Assembly (NCBI GenBank): GCA_036002485.1
Contig: DASYTI010000107.1
Span: 37,783-101,782, forward strand
From: Candidatus Methylomirabilota bacterium
GTDB lineage: Bacteria; Methylomirabilota; Methylomirabilia; Rokubacteriales; CSP1-6
DNA: 64,000 bases
Direction of reading: 5' to 3'
Under the pieces are notes generated by a model. It saw nothing but the letters and a program-made list of their open reading frames with translations, did not search any database and was not told where the DNA came from. Position 1 is the stretch's first letter. The number at the start of each line of letters is the position of its first letter. Made by a program: the position numbers and the translations under genes. Below, one piece after another: positions 27,095-35,631 of the stretch.

Positions 27095-28330
27095 ATGGCC
27101 ATCACGGTGCTGCGGAACGCTTTCCTGATCGACTGCACGGGCAAGGAGCCCGCCGACGGCGCCGCCGTCGTCATCGAGGGCGAGCGGATCAAGGACGTCA
27201 TCCGCTCGGGCAAGGTCGGCCCCTTGAAGGGCAAGGTCACCACGCTCGACCTCAAGGGTCGGACGCTCATGCCCGGCTTGACCGACGCGCACGTTCACGT
27301 GTGCGCCGTCGAGGGCAATATCACGGACCAGCACCGCTTCCTGCCCCCGAGCCTGGTGGTGGCCAAGGCCATCCGTCGCATGGAGCAGGCGCTCCTGCAG
27401 GGCTTCACCACGGTGCGGGATGCGGGCGGGGCCGACTACGGCTTTCGCGAGGCGGTAGCCCAAGGCATTCATCCGGGTCCGCGCATGCTCATCTCGGGCC
27501 AGTACCTCTCGCAGACGGGCGGGCATGGCGACAAGCGACGACGCGCGGAGTGGCACGAGCCCATCGACTGCTGCACGGGCATGATCGGGCTCATCGCCGA
27601 CGGCCCGGATCAAGTCCGCAAGGCCGCCCGGGAGAACCTGCGTCACGACGTCGACCAGGTCAAGATCATGGCCTCGGGCGGCGCCATGTCCCCGGGCGAC
27701 GAGCTCGACACCACGCAGTACACCATCGAGGAGATGCGCGCGGCCGTCGAGGAGGCGGAGGCGGTGGGCAAGTACGTGCTGGCCCATGCCTACTCCGGCA
27801 AGGCGGTGCGCGCCGCCGTCAAGGCGGGGGTCCGCTGCATCGAGCACGGCAACCTGATCGATGCTCAGGCCGCGCAGGAGATCAAGAAGGCGGGGGCCTT
27901 CCTGGTGCCGACCATGGTCACTTACGAGGCCATCTGGCGCGAGGGCAAGAGCTACGGCATCGGCGAGCACCAGATCCAGAAGATCAACATGGCCCGCGAG
28001 AAGAGCGTGGAGGGACTGACTTACGCCTACAAGGCCGGCTGCAAGATCGGCTCGGGCTCGGATCTGCTCGGCGACATGCAGGCCCACCGCACCACGGAGC
28101 TCGAGCTCAAGGGCCAGGTGATGAAGCCCATGGAGGTCTTGCTCTCGGCCACGCGGGTGAATGCGGAGATCTTCCGCATGGAGAGCCAGATCGGCTCCGT
28201 GGAGCCCGGGAAATATGCCGACCTCATCGTGGTCAAGGGCAACCCGCTCAAGGACCTGCGCGTGTTCCAGAACCAGGAGAACCTTCACCTCATCATGAAG
28301 GGCGGCCAGGCGTACAAGCACACTCTGTGA
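27095..28330 (+). CDS. Amidohydrolase family metallo-hydrolase
   Basis: 411 aa. MPGLTDAHVHV metal-binding motif, later HAYSG and IEHG, with a TIM-barrel amidohydrolase layout. Confidence 0.85.
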   Translation: MAITVLRNAFLIDCTGKEPADGAAVVIEGERIKDVIRSGKVGPLKGKVTTLDLKGRTLMPGLTDAHVHVCAVEGNITDQHRFLPPSLVVAKAIRRMEQALLQGFTTVRDAGGADYGFREAVAQGIHPGPRMLISGQYLSQTGGHGDKRRRAEWHEPIDCCTGMIGLIADGPDQVRKAARENLRHDVDQVKIMASGGAMSPGDELDTTQYTIEEMRAAVEEAEAVGKYVLAHAYSGKAVRAAVKAGVRCIEHGNLIDAQAAQEIKKAGAFLVPTMVTYEAIWREGKSYGIGEHQIQKINMAREKSVEGLTYAYKAGCKIGSGSDLLGDMQAHRTTELELKGQVMKPMEVLLSATRVNAEIFRMESQIGSVEPGKYADLIVVKGNPLKDLRVFQNQENLHLIMKGGQAYKHTL

Positions 28331-28611
28331 GGTCGGCCTCGGGCGCCGCCGCCGCCGTCCTCCTGCTCGTCATCCTGCTCTGGGCGTCGAACTCCATCAT
28401 GGCCAAGATCGTCCTGCGCGAGATCGATCCCCTCACCCTGACCTGGCTGCGCTTCCTGATCGCCGGGGGCTTCTATCTCCCCTACGCGGTGCTGACGCGC
28501 GCGGAGCGGGCCCGAGCCCGGATCCGGGATGATGAGCTCTGGTCAGGATGCTCGACTGAAGCACAACGTGAGCACAAGGCCCTTGACATGGCCAACAAGG
28601 CGGTGCTGTGA
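28327..28611 (+). pseudogene. Truncated EamA/DMT-transporter N-terminal fragment
   Basis: Reading frame from the GTG at 28327 (GTGA overlap with the amidohydrolase stop). It encodes AAAAVLLLVILLWASNSIMAKIVLREIDPLTLTWLRFLIAGGFYLPYAVL, which looks like the first two helices of an EamA domain. The sequence then becomes unrelated polar residues and stops after 94 aa. Confidence 0.45.
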
Positions 28612-28640
28612 TCTCCTATCTCTCGTGGAGTTCGGGCGTG

Positions 28641-28656
28641 GTCCCCAATTGGGGAC
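28641..28656. promoter_or_regulatory. Perfect 16-nt palindrome gtccccaattggggac (candidate operator)
   Basis: Lies 69 nt upstream of the sugar-SBP ATG (28725) in the 114-bp gap upstream of the sugar ABC operon (between the EamA-fragment stop at 28611 and the ATG). Confidence 0.3.
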
Positions 28657-28724
28657 ACACCTTGTCGCTCGGACCGCAACGGCGCGGCGCGCTACCGGAT
28701 GATCCGGGGCGCAGGGAGCCATCC

Positions 28725-30038
28725 ATGGCAATGCATGAGGGTCAGGGGAGCATCGAGCGGCGGGCGTTTCTGAGGGTGGCCGGCGCGGCGACAGGGGCCG
28801 CCGTCACCGGCGGGATCCCGGCCATCGTCGGCGCCCAGAAGGCGCCCAGCTTCCCGAAGGGGACAAAGCTCAGCATCCTGGAGTGGGTGAGCTTCGTTCC
28901 GGCCTCCGACGTCGAGTTCAAGCGGCTCGCGGCGGAGTTCGGGAAGCTGGCCGGGGTCGACGTCACCGTCGATCAGATCAACATGAACGACCTGAATCCC
29001 CGGATCACCTCGGCCATCGAGACCAAGGCCGGACCGGACATCATCATGATGATCTCCAACTGGCCGCACCTCTACGCCGACGGCCTCGCCGACGTGGACG
29101 ACGTGGCCGAGGAGATCGCCCAGCGGGACGGCGCCTACTACGAGCACAACAAGAAGGTCAGCGTCGTCGGCAATCGCTGGAAGGCGGTGCCGCTCTGCTC
29201 CGTGCCCTCGACCTGGGCGTACCGCGAGGACTGGTTCAAGGAAGCCGGCGCCGGCAAGTGGCCGGACACCTGGGACGAGCTCCGCAAGGTCGGGATCGAG
29301 CTCAAGAAGAAGAACCGGCCCATGGGCCAGGCCTTCGGCCACAGCCTGGGCGATCCCAACAACTGGGCCTACTCGGTGACCTGGGGCTTCGGGGGCGCCG
29401 AGGTCGACCAGAGCGGGAAGGTCGTCATCAACAGCAAGGAGACGCTCGAGGCCGTGAAGTTCACCGTCGCCTTCTGGAAGGACTGCCTCGACGAGGGGGG
29501 CCTAGCCTGGGACGACAGCAGCAATAACCGCGCCTACCTGGCCGGGACGATCTCGGCCACGATCAACGGGGCGAGCATCTACTTCGTGGCCAAGCGGCAG
29601 TTCCCCGACATCGCCAAGGTCACCAACCATGGTCACATGCCGAAGGGGCCGGGGGGACGCTTCTACAGCATCGGCGGCCAGGGGCGCGCCATCATGAAGT
29701 ACTCCAAGAACCAGCAGGCGGCGAAGGAGTTCCTGCGCTGGTTCATGGACCGGCCGCAGTACGACAAGTGGATGGCGGCAAACGACGGCTACGTCGTCGG
29801 CCCGACCCCTTACTGGGAGAAGCATCCCCTGTGGGAGCGGGACCCCAAGCTCGTCCCCTTCAAGGAGGCCTCCAAGTTCGGTCGCTGGCCCGGCTACCCC
29901 GGGGCGCCCAGCCGTAAGGCGTCCGAGGCTCTCGTCAAGTACATCCTCGTGGACATGTACGCCCAGGCCATCAAGGGCATGAAGCCCGAGGACGCGGTGA
30001 AGTGGGCCGAAGGGGAGTTGAAGAAGGCCTACGCGTAG
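28725..30038 (+). CDS. Sugar ABC transporter substrate-binding protein (family 1, CUT1-type), Tat signal
   Basis: ORF trimmed to the ATG at 28725, with GGGAG upstream. Twin-arginine signal SIERRAFLRVAGAATGAAVTGG. Family-1 SBP layout. Confidence 0.85.
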   Translation: MAMHEGQGSIERRAFLRVAGAATGAAVTGGIPAIVGAQKAPSFPKGTKLSILEWVSFVPASDVEFKRLAAEFGKLAGVDVTVDQINMNDLNPRITSAIETKAGPDIIMMISNWPHLYADGLADVDDVAEEIAQRDGAYYEHNKKVSVVGNRWKAVPLCSVPSTWAYREDWFKEAGAGKWPDTWDELRKVGIELKKKNRPMGQAFGHSLGDPNNWAYSVTWGFGGAEVDQSGKVVINSKETLEAVKFTVAFWKDCLDEGGLAWDDSSNNRAYLAGTISATINGASIYFVAKRQFPDIAKVTNHGHMPKGPGGRFYSIGGQGRAIMKYSKNQQAAKEFLRWFMDRPQYDKWMAANDGYVVGPTPYWEKHPLWERDPKLVPFKEASKFGRWPGYPGAPSRKASEALVKYILVDMYAQAIKGMKPEDAVKWAEGELKKAYA

Positions 30039-30053
30039 TGGCGTGGGAGCGCC

Positions 30054-31040
30054 ATGGCTGACCAACGCATCGAGCCGATCCTGGCGGAAAGCGCGAGACC
30101 GACCGCGGTCGCCATCCCTGCGCCCGTGGCCGTGTCGGTCCCGGGGTTCCGTCGCCCGAGGCGGCTGGGCCAGCTCCTCGAGCGACAGGACATCCTGGCC
30201 GTCGTCCTCCTCGCGCCCACCCTCACGATCCTGACCCTCTTCATCGCCTACCCGTTCGTCCTCGGCATCTGGCTGGCGGTCAGCGACAAGGTGGTCGGGC
30301 GACCCGGCGCCTTCGTCGGGCTCGAGAATTTCCGCGTGAACCTGAACGACTCGATCTTTCTCCGCGCGTTCCAGAACACGTTCGTCTACACCTTCATCGC
30401 CACCGCCCTCAAGCTGGCCCTGGGCATGCTGGCCGCGCTGCTCCTGAACCACCACTTCCGGTTCAAGCGGATCGTGCGGGCGTCCATGCTTCTCCCCTGG
30501 ATTGTCCCCACCGTTCTGAGCACGCTCGCCTGGCAGTGGATGTTCGACGCGACGTTCAGCGTGTTCAACTGGATGCTCATGAACGCGGGGCTGATCTCGA
30601 AGCGGATCCTGTGGCTGGGCGACGGCACGCTGGCCATGGGCTGTCTCATCGCGGTGAACGTCTGGCGAGGCATGCCGTTCTTCGCCATCACCCTCCTGGC
30701 CGGTCTCCAGACCGTCAACCCCGACCTGCACGAGGCGGCGGAGATCGACGGGGCCAACGCCTGGCAGAGGTACTGGCGGGTCACCCTTCCCCTGATCAAG
30801 CCGATCATGCTCGTGGTCGTCCTCTTCTCGATGATCGCGACCTTCGCCGACTTCCAGCTCATCTACGTCCTCACCCGCGGCGGACCCTATAGCAGCACGC
30901 ATGTGTTCGGGACGTACGCCTACGAGATCGCCATGCGGGCGGCCAAGCTCGGGCAGGGCGCCTCGATCTCGCTCTCCCTCTTCCCCTTCCTCCTCGCCGT
31001 CATCGTGTTCCAGCTCTGGTACATCCGGCGGAGCGACTGA
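30054..31040 (+). CDS. Sugar ABC transporter permease (MalF/UgpA-type)
   Basis: 328 aa, 6 TM segments. EAA-loop region NPDLHEAAEIDGANAWQRYWRVTLPLIKP. Confidence 0.9.
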   Translation: MADQRIEPILAESARPTAVAIPAPVAVSVPGFRRPRRLGQLLERQDILAVVLLAPTLTILTLFIAYPFVLGIWLAVSDKVVGRPGAFVGLENFRVNLNDSIFLRAFQNTFVYTFIATALKLALGMLAALLLNHHFRFKRIVRASMLLPWIVPTVLSTLAWQWMFDATFSVFNWMLMNAGLISKRILWLGDGTLAMGCLIAVNVWRGMPFFAITLLAGLQTVNPDLHEAAEIDGANAWQRYWRVTLPLIKPIMLVVVLFSMIATFADFQLIYVLTRGGPYSSTHVFGTYAYEIAMRAAKLGQGASISLSLFPFLLAVIVFQLWYIRRSD

Positions 31041-31042
31041 CC

Positions 31043-31888
31043 ATGGCCGTCCGGTACGGGAGCCCTCTCAAGCGCGCGGCCACCTTCTACGTCCCTCTGG
31101 GGCTGATGGTCGGGGCGACGCTGTTCCCGTTCTACTGGATGGTGATCACCTCCGTTCGGCCCGACAATGAGCTGTACAACGTGCAGATGAATCCCTTCTT
31201 CACCCTCCACCCGACCTTCAAGCACTTTCAGGACCTGTTCGCGCTGACCATGTTCGCTCGCTGGGCCTGGAACACCATTTTCATCGCGACGGTGTCGACG
31301 GGGATCTCGCTCTTCTGTGGCCTGCTCGCCGGCTACGCCCTGGCGCGCCTGGAGTTCCGCTGGGCCGCGCCCCTCGGGACGCTGATCTTCGTCACCTACC
31401 TGGTGCCGCCCACGCTGCTCTTCATCCCGCTGGGCGACGTGGTCCAGACCTTCGGGATCGGCGACACGCCCTGGGCCGTGATCCTTACCTACCCGACCTT
31501 CCTGATCCCGTTCTGCACCTGGCTCTTGATGGGGTACTTCAAGACCATTCCTCGAGAGATCGAAGACTGCGCGCGGATCGACGGGGCGAGCCGGATTCAG
31601 GCCATGATCCGCATCACCTTCCCGCTCGCCGTTCCCGGGATCCTCTCGGCGGGGATCTTCGCCTTCACCCTGTCCTGGAACGAGTTCCTCTACGCCCTCG
31701 TCTTCCTCTCCTCTCCCCAGCAGAAGACGATCCCCATCGGGGTCTTCACCGAGCTGGTGCGCGGTGACGTCTTCTACTGGGGGCCGCTCATGGCCGGCGC
31801 CCTCCTCGGCTCGATCCCCGTCGCCCTCGTCTACTCCTTCTTCGTCGAGCACTACGTCACGGCCCTCACCGGCGCCGTCAAGGGGTAA
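31043..31888 (+). CDS. Sugar ABC transporter permease (MalG/UgpE-type)
   Basis: 281 aa. EAA-loop region IPREIEDCARIDGASRIQAMIRITFPLAVPG. Confidence 0.9.
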   Translation: MAVRYGSPLKRAATFYVPLGLMVGATLFPFYWMVITSVRPDNELYNVQMNPFFTLHPTFKHFQDLFALTMFARWAWNTIFIATVSTGISLFCGLLAGYALARLEFRWAAPLGTLIFVTYLVPPTLLFIPLGDVVQTFGIGDTPWAVILTYPTFLIPFCTWLLMGYFKTIPREIEDCARIDGASRIQAMIRITFPLAVPGILSAGIFAFTLSWNEFLYALVFLSSPQQKTIPIGVFTELVRGDVFYWGPLMAGALLGSIPVALVYSFFVEHYVTALTGAVKG

Positions 31889-31909
31889 ACCGCGGAACGA
31901 GGGCCGTAG

Positions 31910-33553
31910 GTGGCGCCCAACCGGAAGTGGTCGGCGGAGGGCGCAGGCTACCACGCGATCGTCGTCGGCGCGGGTCACAACGGTCTGGTGACAGCGTGCT
32001 ACCTGGCCCGCGCGGGGCTCCGGGTGCTCGTGCTCGAGCGGCGTTACCTGGTCGGCGGGGCCTGTGTGACCGAGGAAATCTTTCCCGGCTTCAAGGTTTC
32101 GACGGCCGCCTACGTCAACAGCCTGTTCCGTGGGGAGATCGTGCGCGAGCTGCGCCTCGCCGAGTACGGCTTCGAGGTGCTCGCGCGGCAACCCTCGTCG
32201 TTCACGCCGCTTCCCGACGGGCGCTCGCTCATGCTCGGATCGGATGCCGCCCTCAACCGCCGGGAGATCTCGAAGTTCAGCGCGCGCGACGCCGAGCGTT
32301 ACCCGCACTACCAGGCCATGCTCGACCGCGTGGCGGCCTTCGTGGAACCGACGATCATGGCAACGCCGCCGGACGTCCTGCGGCCCGGAGCGCGCGGTCT
32401 CTGGTCGCTCCTGAGGCTCGGCCGATCGTTCGGCCGCCTCGGGGCGGCGGCCTCCGAAGCCCTCGAGATCCTCACCGGCCCCGCGCGGGTCGTGCTCGAC
32501 CGCTGGTTCGAGTCCGACGAGCTCAAGGCGACCCTGGCCACCGACGCCATCATCGGGGCCATGGCGAGCCCCTCGATGGCCGGCACGGGCTACGTGCTGC
32601 TTCATCACGTGATGGGCGAGACGGGGGGCCAACGCGGCGTGTGGGGCTACGTGCGGGGGGGCATGGGCGGGCTCACCCAGGCCCTGGCCGGGGCCGCGCG
32701 CGGGCTCGGCGTGGAGATCCGCTGCGACGCCGAGGTTGGCCGCATTCTGGTCCGGGGCGGTCGCGTCGAAGGCGTGGCACTCGTCAACGGCAACGAGTAC
32801 CGCGCGCCCATTGTGGCCAGCAACGCAGACGCTCGGGTGACCTTCCGCCGTCTGCTGGAACCGAATGCGCTGCCCGCGGAGTTCGTGGCGGCGGTGGACC
32901 GGATCAGCTACGAGAGCGCCTCGCTGAAGATCAACGTGGCCCTCGCCGAGCTCCCAAGCTTCCGCGCCTGTCCGGGCGTCGGGGCGGGACCACAGCATCG
33001 GGGCACCATCCACGTCTGTCCCGGTCTCGACTACATCGAGCGCGCCTACGACGACGCCAAGTACGGCCGCCCCTCGGAGCGCCCGGTCCTCGAGTGCACC
33101 ATCCCGTCGGTGGTAGATCCCACGGTGGCCCCGCCCGGCCGGCACCTCATGTCGATCTTCGTGCAGTACGCGCCCTACGCGCTGCGGGAGGCGAGCTGGG
33201 ACCAAATCGCCGACCGCTTCGCGGACCGGTGCTTCGATCTGCTCGACGAGTACGCGCCGAACTTTCGCCGCTCGGTGCTGGCCCGCCAGGTGCTCTCGCC
33301 GCTCGATCTCGAGCGCACGTTCAATCTGACGGGCGGCAACATCTTCCAGGGCGCCATGACGCCCGGCCAGCTCTTCTCGTTCCGCCCCGTGGCCGGCTAC
33401 GCGAGCTATCGCACTCCGGTGAAGGGTCTCTACCTCTGCGGCGCCGCCGCTCACCCGGGGGGCGGCGTCATGGGAGCGCCGGGCCGGAACGCCGCGCGCG
33501 AGATCCTCCGAGCGCGGCGGCCCTTCGGCGGGGGGTCAGCTCTCGCCATCTGA
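31910..33553 (+). CDS. FAD-dependent oxidoreductase (phytoene-desaturase/CrtI-like family)
   Basis: 547 aa with a GTG start. Dinucleotide-binding motif YHAIVVGAGHNGLVTACYLARAGLRVLVLERRYLVGGA. C-terminus YLCGAAAHPGGGVMGAPG. Confidence 0.8.
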   Translation: MAPNRKWSAEGAGYHAIVVGAGHNGLVTACYLARAGLRVLVLERRYLVGGACVTEEIFPGFKVSTAAYVNSLFRGEIVRELRLAEYGFEVLARQPSSFTPLPDGRSLMLGSDAALNRREISKFSARDAERYPHYQAMLDRVAAFVEPTIMATPPDVLRPGARGLWSLLRLGRSFGRLGAAASEALEILTGPARVVLDRWFESDELKATLATDAIIGAMASPSMAGTGYVLLHHVMGETGGQRGVWGYVRGGMGGLTQALAGAARGLGVEIRCDAEVGRILVRGGRVEGVALVNGNEYRAPIVASNADARVTFRRLLEPNALPAEFVAAVDRISYESASLKINVALAELPSFRACPGVGAGPQHRGTIHVCPGLDYIERAYDDAKYGRPSERPVLECTIPSVVDPTVAPPGRHLMSIFVQYAPYALREASWDQIADRFADRCFDLLDEYAPNFRRSVLARQVLSPLDLERTFNLTGGNIFQGAMTPGQLFSFRPVAGYASYRTPVKGLYLCGAAAHPGGGVMGAPGRNAAREILRARRPFGGGSALAI

Positions 33554-33617
33554 CAGCAAGCCTTTGCACTAGCGGGTTCCTGAAGAACTCGCAGGTTGCC
33601 AGAGGCTCGGATCGGCT

Positions 33618-34379
33618 TCAGCTCGCTCCCATCTGGGTGCCGCCGTCGATGTTCAGGTTGGTTCCGTACATGAAGCTGGCCGCGCGGCCCGAGGCCAGGA
33701 AGAGCACCCCGTTGGCGATCTCCTCCGGCCTGGCCATCCAGCCGAGGGGAATGCTGCTGGTGACGCGCGCGCGCTGCTCCGCGGTGAGGGGGGCGTGCAT
33801 GGGCGAGTCGATGGGGCCGGGGTTGACGCAGTTGACGCCGATACCCGTCCCGAGCAGATCGCGGGCGACGTTCCGCGTCAGCGCCACCACCGCGCCCTTC
33901 GAGGCCGTGTAGGCCGCGGTGGCGATGCGTCCGCCTCCCCGGGCCACGCTGTCCGAGCCGATGGTGATGATACGGCCGCGCTTCTGCGGGATCATCCGCT
34001 TGACCGCCTCCTGGATGCAGAAGAATGTCCCCTTGGTATTGATGGCGAGCACGCGATCCCACTCCGTCTCGGTCATCTCGGCCAGGTTCATCGAGCTGAT
34101 GATGCCGGCGCAGGTGACCAGGATCTCCACCGGCCCAAACGCCTCGTCGCACAGCGCGAAGAGGGCGGCGATGTCACCGAGTCGCGTGACGTCCGTGCGC
34201 TTCCCGCGGACCTGCCCGCCGAGCTCGGCGGCCGTCCGCTCGAGCCCCGCCGTGTCGAGGTCGCCCAGCACGACTCGCGCGCCCTCGCGCACGAGCCCGC
34301 GGGCCACGGCCTGACCGAGCCCGCTGGCCCCGCCCGTCACCACGGCCACCTTGCCGTCCAAGCCCAAGAAGTCATTCAT
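33618..34379 (-). CDS. SDR family oxidoreductase
   Basis: 253 aa. TGGASGLG cofactor motif, YTASK catalytic motif, and PGPIDSP. Confidence 0.9.
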   Translation of the reverse strand: MNDFLGLDGKVAVVTGGASGLGQAVARGLVREGARVVLGDLDTAGLERTAAELGGQVRGKRTDVTRLGDIAALFALCDEAFGPVEILVTCAGIISSMNLAEMTETEWDRVLAINTKGTFFCIQEAVKRMIPQKRGRIITIGSDSVARGGGRIATAAYTASKGAVVALTRNVARDLLGTGIGVNCVNPGPIDSPMHAPLTAEQRARVTSSIPLGWMARPEEIANGVLFLASGRAASFMYGTNLNIDGGTQMGAS

Positions 34380-34382
34380 GGC

Positions 34383-34787
34383 TCACGCGTCCGCCAGGAG
34401 GCGCACCTCGACCTCACGCCTTCTCGGCCCCTCGAATTCCATAAGCACGATCCGCTGGAACTCGCCGCGCGCGAGCTTGCCGTCTCGCACCGGCACATGA
34501 ACGCTTGGGCCAACGAGGGCGCTGAGGAAATGCGCGGCCACGTGAGCCCGCGAGTCATGTCGAAAGGCGATCGGCGGCGTCAGCGTCTGGAGGATGTCCA
34601 TGATGTCCTCGGGGACGCCGCTCTCGTTGGTCACCACCATCAGGCCCGCCGTCGTGTGTTTCAGGAACAGGTGACAGCTCCCGCCAGAGGCCCCGCTAAT
34701 GAGCGCCTCGACGCGCTCCGTGATATCAACGACCTCCTTGGCTGACTTCGTCTGGACCTCGATGGTGGCGGGCATGGTCGTCGTCAT
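34383..34787 (-). CDS. YjbQ/UPF0047 family protein (secondary thiamine-phosphate synthase-like)
   Basis: ORF trimmed to the ATG at 34787, with GGAGGAAGG upstream. 134 aa. Contains CHLFLKHTTAGLMVVTNESG...HDSRAHVAAHFLSALVG. Confidence 0.8.
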   Translation of the reverse strand: MTTTMPATIEVQTKSAKEVVDITERVEALISGASGGSCHLFLKHTTAGLMVVTNESGVPEDIMDILQTLTPPIAFRHDSRAHVAAHFLSALVGPSVHVPVRDGKLARGEFQRIVLMEFEGPRRREVEVRLLADA

Positions 34788-34896
34788 TCCCCTTCCTCCT
34801 GATCTGGTGAACGCGTCCCTCGGGTGGGCCGCGAATGCCGTGACGGTTCCGCCCTCTTCCTCGCCACATCGAGGATGGCCATTCGGAGCCGCCCGG

Positions 34897-35427
34897 TCAA
34901 GGGGCCTGATCCCGCGCTCGCTCCGCAAAGCGCTTGAGCCGCTTGAACCAGACCAGCTTGTCCCGAAAGCCAGGATACGCGGCGTTCAGGCCGCTCGGAT
35001 TCGGGAGCACGAAGACCCGGGCGTCGCCGACCCGCTCCCGCTTCGGTCCGGCGCCCGGGCGAACGCGCGGCCCGAAGAACGCGCGATAGACGGTGACGCC
35101 GACGAAGGCGACTATCTCCGGCTGGATCCGTGCAATGACCCGCGTGATCCGCCCGCGCCCCGCCTCGAACTCGTCCCGTGTGAGCTCGGAGGCCGCGCGG
35201 GTCGGCCGTGGAACGATGTTGGTGAGGGCGAGACCGCACGACGGCAGCCGCGCGTCGTCCTCGTAGGTGAAAGCTTTCGGGATCAGCTTTGCCGTGTAGA
35301 GCAGGCGCCAGAACGGGTTGCCCCGCCCGGCGAAGTGGTGGCCGACTTCCGCGGAGCGGAGCGACGGATTGATGCCGACAAAAAGGATGCGCGGCCGCGC
35401 GCAAAGCCGAGCGGGGAGGCGCTTCAC
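34897..35427 (-). CDS. mug: G/U mismatch-specific uracil-DNA glycosylase (UDG family 2)
   Basis: 176 aa. Hallmarks ILFVGINPS, GNPFWRLL and VFVLPNPSGLN align with the E. coli Mug motifs GINPG, NRFW and VLPNPSGL. Confidence 0.85.
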   Translation of the reverse strand: MKRLPARLCARPRILFVGINPSLRSAEVGHHFAGRGNPFWRLLYTAKLIPKAFTYEDDARLPSCGLALTNIVPRPTRAASELTRDEFEAGRGRITRVIARIQPEIVAFVGVTVYRAFFGPRVRPGAGPKRERVGDARVFVLPNPSGLNAAYPGFRDKLVWFKRLKRFAERARDQAP

Positions 35428-35460
35428 GGGCCGGGCCCAGGACCTAAACTGGATGATTCA

Positions 35461-35631
35461 TGAAGGAGATTCTCTCGTTCGTACGGCCCCCTCACCCTGC
35501 CCTCTCCCCCGCCGCGGGGGAGAGGGATGAGAACGCTCTCACCACGCCGCTCTCTCTATTCTCATCCCTCTCCCCCACTGGGGGAGAGGGCAGGGTGAGG
35601 GGGTCAGGTGTTCGCGCATAATCCAGGCTAG
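35461..35631. repeat. Composite GC-rich hairpin repeat element (copy 5; best-preserved, MITE-like)
   Basis: A perfect 24-bp long-range inverted repeat: ccccctcaccctgccctctccccc (35487-35510) against gggggagagggcagggtgaggggg (35580-35603). Two internal hairpins (35500-35526 and 35566-35590). Terminal flanks are shared with copy 1. The element end (ggctag) supplies the stop codon of the adjacent minus-strand gene. Confidence 0.85.

Noticed and set aside
30920-33454. 844-aa minus-strand ORF
   Set aside because: It lies antisense to the MalG-type permease and the CrtI-like oxidoreductase. Its composition is Arg/Gly/Glu-rich and it has no recognisable domain.
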